From: Wallemia ichthyophaga EXF-994
Taxonomy: Eukaryota > Fungi > Basidiomycota
Assembly: GCF_000400465.1 (NCBI RefSeq)
Contig: NW_008806285.1
Location: 1-32,000 of the forward strand
DNA: 32,000 nucleotides
Direction: 5' to 3'
Made by a program: the position numbers and the translations under genes. Under the pieces are notes generated by a model. The model saw nothing but the letters and a program-made list of their open reading frames with translations, was not told the DNA's origin and ran no database searches. How positions within the stretch are numbered: the first letter of the stretch is position 1; every line of letters starts with the position of its first letter. Shown here one piece after another: positions 22,019 through 32,000 of this stretch.

Positions 22019-22393
22019 ATGATGATAAATGAAATTTCTACATTCCAAGCATTTTAGTTAGTGAAAATTATCACATGCCACCTAGCCATAAGGAAGGTAT
22101 TCAAATGAAAGAATCTAGTTAGTGTGATCTCATCTTTGACGATGGAGTATTCATACCCTTGTCTTAACTAGTTTTAGCACGCGTTTGAGTTTAGCAGTCT
22201 TTAAAGATGTTCAAATAAGCCATCTTCAAACCTCATCTTCATCTTCACGCTCATTCAATCTTTAATCTAAGCCTTCTCTTTAGACTATCATCCAAAGACT
22301 TTCTTATAAGTTCATTTGTCAAGTCACTCGTTACAGCAAAGACAAGTAAATAGTGAAGCGATTCGTATCTCTTTATAACGTAAAATAAAAGCG

Positions 22394-24104
22394 ATGTCCA
22401 ACAAATTAATGAAGAAGCAAGTGAGTTTCAATGTTGAGTGTTGGCTTGATTATGTCTGACTATCATAGGTTGCCGGCACCGCTGGATCAGCAGTCGGCAC
22501 TACAGCAGGTGGAGGAGGTAGTGGCTCATACAATGATGGATCCTACCACGGTGTTGGTGCACAAAGCGGCCCAGCTGCAGGTGCTGGCACAGGCGCTTCG
22601 ACGGGCTCAACAACTGGTGCTCAATCTGGAGCAGCTGGCATCGGTCCAGGTCCAGCTGCAGGTGGAACCACAGGCAAGGCTACAGGAGGTACCACAGGAT
22701 CAACAACTAGCGGATCATCAGGATCATCAAGCGATACTGACACAACTAGCTCTTCCAGTAGCTCAGATACGGATGATCCAGCAGATTCATCAAAGGCCCC
22801 TGTTACAGCCGGTAGCACCAACTCTGGCGTCAAGCAGCCAGCTGACGATCCACCTGCCAATGAGGATGAAACACCAGACAATGAGATCACGATACCAGAC
22901 GATGATAAACCAACTGAAAGTGAAAAAGACGCATCCGAGTCTATCACTAACTCAATCGTCCACTCTATGTCCTCTTCATCACAGTCAGCTTCTCCAACAG
23001 CAACACCGTCCATGTCTGCATCGGAGGAGGAAAAAGACGAAGATGACAACAAGGGTTTAAAGATCGCTTTGCCTATCATCCTTGGTCTATTGTTTATTCT
23101 GTTCTTGATCTGGGTTGGTAAGCGTGTCGTCAAGAAGAAGTTTGCTGGTAAAAAGAACAAGCCAACAAACATCGACTTCAATGATGCCGCTAAAAGTCAA
23201 GAAACACTTGATGAGGTGAGTTTCTATTTTGTTGATAATTGTCTTACTAATCTATGTTTCGCAGAAATCACCATTGCCTCCACCAGGATTTGCAGGCGCT
23301 GGTGCACCATTGTTAGACCGTAGGGGAAGCACTCATTCATCATACAATGGTGCTCCTCCATTGATGCATGCCAACTCAACAGGCAGCCACGGCGATTACT
23401 TGAGTGCATACAACCCTAACATGTCAACATACAGCTTTAACAACCTTGGTGGACAAAGACGTCAGGCATCGCCAGTTCCTCCATATGGTCAACACCCACA
23501 CAATGGAATGTCGAGATCAATGTCAACTAACTCATACCAAAACGGTCCACCACCACCACAACCACAAAGACCTGGTCCACCACAGTCTAACCCATCAGCA
23601 CCACATTTGCCTGCACTAGCTATACCTGATCCGGAATTGATTCCACTCCCAAGTCCACCACCAAGCGTTTACTCAATGAACCAAATACCAAGCTCACCTC
23701 CAAGACCTGACCAGCAACAACAGTTCAGAGACCCATTCAGAGATCCACCACATAGACAGCAAACAAACAGATCATCCATTGTACCACCCTTACACATCAG
23801 ACCACCGGGCGCAGTCAGAGCTAGGGTATCATTCAAGCCTACTGCCGGTGATGAGCTCTCCATACAGAAGGGAGAGGATGTACAGGTCATCAAGAGATTC
23901 TCTGATGGATGGGCTGAAGTTAAGGCATTGGCTAGTGGCAGAACGGGAGTAATTCCGTTACAGATTCTGGATGACCAGCCTACTACGCCAATGAGCTACG
24001 GACCTCAATCATCCAACAGCTCCCCAAGTAACTATCAAGCGCCTTCTCAGTCCATGTCTCAGCCTCAAGGCTTCCCATCTGCACCGCCATCCAACTTTCA
24101 ATGA
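22394..24104 (+). CDS. Single-pass membrane protein: Gly/Ser/Thr-rich N-terminus, TM helix, Pro-rich linker, C-terminal SH3 (about 537 aa, 3 exons)
   Basis: Introns 22421-22468 and 23216-23264 are phase-consistent. TM IALPIILGLLFILFLIWVG followed by KRVVKKK. SH3 ARVSFKPTAGDELSIQKGEDVQVIKRFSDGWAEV...GVIP. Confidence 0.82.
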
Positions 24105-24964
24105 GCTAAATTCTTTTTGACTTGTTATTCTAATAAATTAATTATATTATAAATAATTACATGTTTCACTAGCGCGAGTTTTCTGAGACCGAATGTAGAA
24201 TTTATCTACTTATACAACAATAAGATAAATGAAAAAGCATTTGAAAAGCTTCCTTGATGTAAATAATTTGAAGTGGATATCTGATATTACTAGTATCTGC
24301 GCCTATAATATTTCTGCCTCTTTGTCGGAGAATAAGTAATCAAAGTAGGCTCTATTCTCATCAACGTTGATGTCTGCGTCCTCGAAGTTGGCATCATTAA
24401 TATCAGGATCTCTATTTAGTTTGTTTACTGGTGAGTCGAATCTTGGCATGATTTTGTTAGATTTGCTAGTGACACCACGTGGTTGTAAAGTAGAGTTCTG
24501 TGATTGCCACAAATAGTTGAGTGATTCGACGCCTTAGCTTTCTCACCGACTCCGTTGTCAATGTCGTAGAACTGACCAAAATATCTTCCAGCTTGAGTAG
24601 TGACACCAACAATAGATACTGAGACATCTGCATGATCTTCAAGCCATACTCCTAGCTTGTCTCGGAGAAACTCAGACACGTAAGAGCTGAACGTAATTTG
24701 AGAGGGGAACTCAACAACGTAAATCGTCGACTGGGTAAGATTTGGACATCCTCTGATCATTATTGATGGCTATTCACCTTCGTTTTCCATAAACATTACT
24801 CTAAGAATACCAAAAGAAAGCACAGTAATGTTCTCTCGATTGAAGGGAAACCCCTCACCAAATTATTTTCGCTGTTTAAGTAAGTAAGCTTATTGATGTT
24901 TAAGTTCATGATTGATGAAGTGATTTCCTCAATTTGGTCCAGGCGCCGTCGTTCGTGATGTTTT

Positions 24965-25342
24965 TTACGTAGTCGGTGTAGAGATACTGCTAATTGATTT
25001 CATTTCATACAGCTTGTAATTAGTGTTTGCCACATTTTTGAGAAATTCAAAAATTGCAGCCGCATCCTCCTTTTCGATCAAGCACTTTAAGCGTCTCAGT
25101 TTGAAGTGGGGTCTGATGACGACATTACTATATCTTTGAGGTACATCGAACCTGACAAGCTCGGAACATAAGCGAGATAAAGCAGACAAGGAGCTCTTAT
25201 CGAGGAAATCCATGATCATCAGCTTGATTTCATTGGGTAACGCCAAATATTTGAATCCTTCGATGGACCACTTCTGCTTGCGCCTTCCTCTATTTGAATC
25301 GCTTTTAGCCTTCGTTGGTTTTGCTTTGCTAGTTGCCTTCTT
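24965..25342 (-). pseudogene. F-box-like reading frame, possibly a disrupted gene or an unresolved multi-exon gene
   Basis: LALPNEIKLMIMDFLDKSSLSALSRLCSEL matches the F-box consensus. The frame is preceded by ATG-CTA-CCA-TAG (25354-25343), and I found no clean splice into downstream fragments. Confidence 0.4.
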
Positions 25343-26470
25343 CTATGGTAGCATGGAGGTGGTGACTGCCTACAAACAAAGAGCGAGGGCTCATCGATTG
25401 GGTGGAAGATATGAAAATCAGAGTGTAGGAGCATTTGAGTAAATATTTTTAAAAACCGAATTGCTGCTATCGTAAAATTGCCGAATCTTACTTCTTTGAG
25501 TCTTTGCCCACTTATCTAAATGCAACCAGTAAAGAAGAATCCATCTGTACAAAATTCCTATAGCATTGGTTTGAAATGTTGTTGAGTATACGCCTATCTT
25601 GTCCACTTGCTCTCCTAAATTTTTCTTTCAGGGTCCGCTCATCGGCTTACCAATTTATTTGGTCCTAGGCCGAGATCGACGATAATTGACAAGAGAGACC
25701 ATAAGAACTCACACAAATGCTTCGGGGACTACTTGGAGCTGCTTTCAGCGACATATCGACAGCTAATAACATCACAGAGATCCCTTTTGCAAGGAAATAT
25801 ACTTGTCTGACATCTTTGTTCCAAAATCTAAGATTAGACTCCCACCTCCCTTTCGAAAAGCTCAATGTTGAAATATATTTCTATTTTCGCAGGATCGACA
25901 ATGTGTTTTCCAAACTGCTCAGATTTAAGACATTGAAAGCTAAAATTTCTAACGAAAGGGACTTGGAATAATTGCATGAGCATGTATAGTTCAAATACGT
26001 GGTACTAATCATCACTCAGTATTGAATATTCGACTTCATGGGTGAACTGCTTGGTGGATTATTTTCAAACGCGTCAAACATCCTCGTTGTGGTCTTACAA
26101 CACAAGATATGCCCACTATCATTGAATGTGATATACACAGTAACAACAGCAGCAAAATGCGATTACTCGTTGTTCGGCGTCCATGCCATTGCTTCAAAGT
26201 GTGAGATTGCGCATCTAATTTACCACTTAGACACTTAAAAATGTTCTACAATGATGGCACATCCAATAAAAAAAAACTGACAAATACAGACTCCTCAGTT
26301 ATGAGATCTTCATAATAAGCATTAAACCTTGAACACAATCCTATGTTGAGTCAGATTGTGTATTCCGTTCCAAGGATTTCCGGAAATTAGAAAAGCAACA
26401 ATGCCGCACCCAATATCACTAATTACGTTTGTACAACTCTTACAATTTGAAAAAATACATAATCTCTATC

Positions 26471-28183
26471 TTACAATGGCAGCACGTCATTCGCATTGAC
26501 ATGACGAAGCGGATCATCCTCATCGAGTTTGACCAGCCTCTGCGCTTCAATATCTTCAGCTGTGACTTTACCACCGTCGACTTTGGCTGCTTCTTCCTCT
26601 AATTCGACTCTGCTTAGTTTGTTCTCCTTTCTTCTTCGCTCACGATCGACTGCTATCTTGAGTTTATCGTTATCCAAATCACCCAGTGCTTGTGGGTCTT
26701 TTGTAAATCCGTACTTATTGCCATCTCGCTCTGCCCTGCCCTTCAAATCAGCAGTACCAGCAGCAATCTTGTCTTTGTGCTGATCTGCGAGTGATTTCTG
26801 CGGTTTAGATGCTTCCTCAATCTCGTGTCTGGAGAAGGTCGTCTTGGCAGCCTCTTTGCCTGCTTCGCCCTGGCAGTATGATGTGTATATCGTTGAGTGA
26901 CAGCACTTGTATCCCCAAGATTTACTTTGCACACTAAACCACGAACCGAACACTGAGCTGTGATTTCCAGGGAAGACTATAATTGGTTAGAGAGATATCA
27001 TAGTAAAACATTTTAACGCACCATCCTCCTCGTATTTAGATTTGGCAACAGCCCTCTCCTTTCCTTTAAGTAGCTGACCAGATCTCGAATACTCAACATA
27101 CTCATCGGTCTGACCCAAGCGAATCTCTCTCGGTATATTAGACGCACTGAGGTACTCTTCACCTCCGTATCTGTTGAGCATGCTATTTTTGTGCGTATCC
27201 TTGATTTCTTCTTTCTTCACCTTGAATGCACCATGAGCCATTTCAGTGGCTGTTGGATTGGCTTGAACGTGCATATCATGTCCACGGCTTGCAGACTGCC
27301 ATGCAAAGAGTTGTGTGTTTTGTATACCGGCAGCATCACCACTATCTCTGACGTAATTTTCACCAGCGAACGCACTATCTTCAGGCTTAACGTCGGAATG
27401 AGGAGCCTCTCTCATAGATCTAGTTTTTGGATCATAATGTGCCGATTCGATATCTAAATTCATCAGGTATTTCGCTGTATCTTCTCTTATACGCAGATTT
27501 CTAACCGTGATCCGGTTATTAGCGTCGACGTTCTGACCGACAGCGTCAGCATTATCAGCGTATTTATCCTCATCATCTTCGTCTTCATCTGAGCTACCGA
27601 ACTCATCCTTGATCTTCTGCTTGCCTGCGTCAACGACTTTTTTGGCCGCGGAAATGCTATTCTGCTTATCAAGCTCATCTTCTTGAATACGTCGCCGTTC
27701 ATCCTCAACGGCGGCATATTCTTCAACGACTCTTTTATGTGAAGATGGATCATAGCCGTTCCATCTATCTCTTTTAGCGTCGAAATCGGTGGCAATGTCA
27801 TGTACGACATCATCCGCTTGAGTGACGCTGTTAGTTTTATTAGCACCACGTTTCCGGGGCCTCTCAACGCAATCCTTCTTAGAGTGACCCATTGCACCGC
27901 AATTCTCACAAGCGCCTTTCCTAAAACGCTGGGCTTTGTAGCCTTTGGCAGAACGATCGTACCACTTGTTAAGTTTATCGGCAGAGCTGTCGTACTCTCT
28001 ATTGAGACGCTGGTGACCAAGACCAGGCTTGCCCGTGTCCATGTACCAAGGAGCTTGTGATATGTATTGTGGGATGTGAGGATTGATTGGTTTTCCATCC
28101 TCGTCGAGCTCTGCGGGAGCTGTGCCTGCTTTGCGTGCCTCTTCGAGCTCACGCTTCTTTCTAAGCTCCTCACGCGCGGACAT
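26471..28183 (-). CDS. SLU7: Pre-mRNA splicing factor Slu7 (about 555 aa, 2 exons)
   Basis: INPHIPQYISQAPWY, zinc knuckle GACENCGAMGHSKKDC, FDAKRDRWNGYDP, VRNLRIREDTAKYL. Intron 26977-27021 yields FPGNHSSVFGSW. Confidence 0.96.
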
Positions 28184-28211
28184 TGCAGTTGTTGGTGGTT
28201 AAAGGCAAACG

Positions 28212-29827
28212 ATGAAGCTGCTGAAAAAGTACATAGAAAGGGACAAGTCTGTGAGTAATTACTGTATTGTGATTGGTTTATTTAAATAGCTCATCTTATT
28301 AGGGCTGGGTAACGCTCCTCCCTGAAGAAGTACGCCTGATATCCAGTCTACGCAGAATTCTGATATGACGCAGGACGAAGACCTTTGGCATTGCTACAAT
28401 CTTATTGGACCCGGCGACCAAGTCAGGGCTGGTGCGATAAGGTGTGTACTGTTGTGACTCCCACTGCCACCGACTCTCATTCTCACTCAACTTAGACGTG
28501 TAGTGAATACATCGTCCACCGGCTCTACGGATTCCCAGCGCGTTAAACTCACGCTGACTATCGAGGTCGAGAAAACGTTCTTTAGTCCTTCTGCAACGTC
28601 CACCACGGAATCCACCCCAGGCACATCCAACCAACCACCACAGAATGCTCAGCTTCAGTTGTCTGGACGCGTTACAAGTGAGAATCCACACGTTAAGCTC
28701 GGTGCTTTCCATACGCTTGATTTGGAGTCGATGAGGGACTTCAAACTCGGCAAGGGGCCGGATGGTTGGGATAGTATCAATCTACAGCGAGTTGAGGAGG
28801 CTAGTGCGGAAGGTGCTGGCGCAGAAGTTGCTGCTGTACTCGTTGGAGAAGGTGGGTGTCTTTTCTCCCACTTTTAGTTGCCAACGCCAAGTGAAACAGG
28901 CAACGCTGCCATTTGTTTGCTCACCAATCATATGACGGTGGTTAAGCAGCGTATTGATGCACAGATTCCACGTAAACGAAAAGGCATGTCTTCAGCCCAT
29001 GAGAAGGTTTGTCCTCTTTTCTTGTCTTTCATCCCATATCTCAACAAATCAAGGCAACGGAAAAATTTCATGAACAGCTCGCAGCTGCATTCAGTAAACA
29101 TATCCTTCCTCTCAGTACAAACCTTCGCGTTATTTTATTCGCAGGTGCTTCATTTGCCAGAGACTCCTTCGTCAAAACTCTCCTAGACAATGCACAACAC
29201 AATGGCGACAAGAGCATTCTGACACTTCGACCCAAGTTTTTAAAAGTTAACACTGGCTCAGCGAATGTACATGCTCTAAACGAGGCTCTTAAAAGTCCTG
29301 AAGTTGCAAACCAGCTGAAAGATACTAAATTTGCACGTGAGGGTATGATGCTTGATAAGTAGGTCAGTGTTAATTTGATGGGCCACTCCTAATCATAAAT
29401 TAAGGTTCAATAAGATGCTAATCACTGATGAGAACCGCGCTTGGTATGGCCCTGACCACGTCCAGAAAGCTATAGACAGAGGTGCAGTGGGCACACTTCT
29501 AATCTCTGACTCACTCTTCAGGTGGGTGTGCGTTACTGCTCTCATAACTTTTTAACCTCAACAGATCACAAAACGTTGCTGAAAGGAAGCGCTTCGTTAG
29601 GATGGTTGAAGATGTTAGGGGTTTAGGTGGTACTGAGGTGTTAATTTTTAGTGCAATGCACGAATCAGGACATAGTGAGTGTTTTTTCCAGTGCTTTTTT
29701 TTTGCTAACGGATTGTCAAGAACTTGATCTCTTGTCGGGTATTGCTGCACTGTTGACTTACCCACTCGACATAGAAATGGTGGAATTAGAAGAAGAAAAC
29801 GAGAAAGCTGAAGATAAGCAACACTAG
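28212..29827 (+). CDS. DOM34: Pelota/Dom34 ribosome-rescue factor (multi-exon)
   Basis: Spliced [45 protein letters not shown]; [10 protein letters not shown]; KDTKFAREG; WYGPDHV; [19 protein letters not shown]. Confidence 0.93.
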
Positions 29828-30002
29828 TTACTATAAAGCGCTTTTCTATATTTTAAGATGTACGATGGACTCTAATTAGTAGTACAAATAAAGTATGCAA
29901 ACAAAAGTACATTGCATTGAGTTTACGAAGAGCTTTATGTAATACAACCAAATTAAATTTGAGAAAGAGGAAGAGAAGATATTTTACTGCTATTGTGCCA
30001 GC

Positions 30003-31209
30003 TTAAGCTTGTTGAGTTTGTTGGAGTGGAGAAGGAGCAGCTTGGATTTTGTTTTCGTAGGTGTCTTCGACATTCTCATAAGGTCTCATTGGTTGAAGGC
30101 CCCACTTTTCAAACAGCTCAGCGTCCTGATCTTTCTCGACACCGTCTGTAGTAAGCATGTAGCCTGAGAAGATGGCATTAGCACCTGACATGAAACACAT
30201 TGCTTGTTCAGCATCAGTAAACATCTTTCTTCCTGCTGCTATTCTGACAATTGACTTTGGCATGACGATTCTAGCTGTTGCGATCGTTCTGACGACCTCC
30301 TCAACTGCAACCGGGGTGTTGTTTTCCAATGGTGTGCCCTTTATTGGAACGAGTGCGTTGACAGGGAAAGACTCTGGATGTTCAGGGAGACGGGAGAGTT
30401 CCCAGATCAAACCAACCCTGTCATCTTGCTGCTCACCAAGACCGAGAATACCACCTGAGCAGACGCTGATTCCTGCGTCTCTGACATTTGAGATAGTGCT
30501 CAACCTGTCATCGTATGAACGAGATGTGATGACCTGGAATTTTATTAGATAAAGCAACGTAAACGCGCAAGCCACTAACCTCCGGGTAGTATTCTCTTGA
30601 AGTGTCTAAGTTATGGTTGTATGCAGTGAGGCCGGCATCTTTCAAAGCTATAGCTTGCTCAGACGAGAGCATACCAAGCGTGGTGCAGACTTCCATACCC
30701 ATACCCTTGATCTCCCTAACCATGGCCAAGATTCTATCGAAACCACGCTTGCGACCGCCTACATCTCTCCAAGCTGCGCCCATACAGAAACGGGTAGAAC
30801 CCGCATTTTTAGCGCGCTTAGCTTCTTGAATGACAGGATCTAAAGCGAGTAGCTTTCCAGCCTCAGTGCCAGTACTGTATCTGCTAGACTGAGAGCAATA
30901 GCTACAGTCTTCTGAACAACCGCCAGTTTTGATGTTCATAAGAGTGCACAGCTGAACCTTTCCAGGCTCGTGGTACATGCGGTGTACGCTGGCTGCTCTG
31001 TAAACCAATTCGAGGAGAGGCTGTTGGTATATAGCCTGGATATCATTCCTATTCCAGTCATTGCGTATATCACCATCCTTGTGCTCCTTCGAGCTATTTA
31101 CTGGTCCGTTGGGGGTAAATGGATGGGGATTGAGTTGAGTTGCAAGGCTTCTCGACTGAACTAGTATTTTAAATTGCTGGCGTGGCTTGAATAGGTGCTT
31201 GTTGATCAT
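30003..31209 (-). CDS. BIO2: Biotin synthase (radical SAM), probably mitochondrial (about 386 aa, 2 exons)
   Basis: CTLMNIKTGGCSEDCSYCSQ (CxxxCxxC), RFCMGAAWRD, YNHNLDTSREYY, VCSGGILGLGE, PESFPVNALVPIKGTP. Intron 30534-30579. The basic N-terminus resembles a presequence. Confidence 0.96.
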
Positions 31210-31367
31210 TTTCTTTTCTTTCTTTTCTCGGTGATGGCCGTCTAGCGTCAACGATAAGCCATCGCAACTTTCCGGCACACTCAAAATCCGATCGAAGGAC
31301 TTTTAGGGACAGCGGCTTTTTCGGAATCAACTGGACTATTAAACATTAGATATCGGATATATTCAAC

Positions 31368-32000
31368 ATGCCTCACTTATACAGACACTTGCGAGTTAAT
31401 CAGATATTTGGTGCGTGCCAGTGAGCAGACTGAAAGTGCAGCAACTCACAGCCATCCACGCAGGCGCTAACACCGACGTTGGCAAGACTCTCATCACAAC
31501 TGCTCTTGTCTTGGCAGAATCGCAGCGAACGAAGAACAACATCTTCTATTTGAAGTAAGTTGCTATTTGCTGGAGTTTGGCACATTCTCATTCTCCCAAA
31601 CAGACCTGTCAGTACTGGTCCTGCTGCTGATCAAGACGACGCGTGGGTACTTTCCATTTCGGCGGAGTGTTTGTTGACTCCCGCTCAGTTTTCTCCAGCG
31701 CTTCTCTAATAACGACAGAATACACAACCACACTCTCTTTCGCTACAGTGATCCCGTCTCTCCTCACTTAGCCGTTAGCAGAGAATCCGCAACCCAAAAA
31801 CCTCCGTCCGATAAGGATTTTGCAACCTCAATTGGAAACTACATTAGCAGCAAAGCCAGTCTAAACAACTCTCACTCTCTTTACGTCGAAACTGCGGGTG
31901 GTGAGTTTCCGGTGATTTTCCGAGGCTGCATGTTGATATTGAGACACAGGCGTACACTCTCCAACTTTAACTGGAACCAGCCAAGCTGATGCTTACAGGT
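31368..32000 (+). CDS. bioDA: Dethiobiotin synthetase domain; 5' part of fungal bifunctional BioDA (dethiobiotin synthetase / DAPA aminotransferase), truncated by the window end
   Basis: Spliced RVNQIFGANTDVGKTL (P-loop), YLKPVSTGP, PVSPHLA, YVETAGG-VHSP. The aminotransferase half lies outside the window, so the fusion is inferred from known fungal architecture. Confidence 0.85.

Noticed and set aside
22431-23060. 209-aa Gln-rich plus-strand ORF (and the 186-aa antisense ORF 22621-23181)
   Set aside because: These are alternative-frame readings of the low-complexity Gly/Ser/Thr exon. The spliced frame is the one that joins the TM and SH3 domains.
31400-31591. 63-aa minus-strand ORF
   Set aside because: It is antisense to bioDA exons 1-2.

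Overview
This is eukaryotic fungal DNA from a very gene-dense genome with short introns. Most spliceosomal introns I traced are 44-59 nt, and the proteins look basidiomycete-like (Wallemia-like compaction is an inference; I could not verify the organism). There are no rRNA, tRNA or CRISPR features and no intact transposon. Left to right: an AT-rich, gene-poor ~1.55 kb zone with a 2x74-bp tandem repeat; an intronless, Cys-rich orphan membrane/secreted ORF with a possible killer-toxin/CSS2-like C-terminus (-); a soluble epoxide hydrolase-like gene (+); RBA50/RPAP1 (-); MCM10 (-); GPI16/PIG-T (+); cytosolic leucyl-tRNA synthetase (-); an Alb1/Ecm1-like small protein (+); UNG1 (-); an Aa_trans amino-acid transporter (+); UFD2 (+); a Fus1-architecture Gly/Ser/Thr-rich TM-SH3 protein (+); a ~2.3 kb degenerate island with an F-box-like frame; SLU7 (-); DOM34/pelota (+); and the edge of a biotin cluster (BIO2 -, bifunctional bioDA +, truncated by the window). 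The most notable signals are: (i) divergent start codons only 28, 38 and 43 nt apart, and tandem stop-to-start gaps of 40 and 69 nt; (ii) ACGCGT (MCB) motifs concentrated inside MCM10 and UNG1, including at the same position in both first introns, which may mean cell-cycle control elements sit inside the genes; (iii) the toxin-like orphan ORF. Gene models were built by hand and gene names rest on recalled motifs, not database searches.
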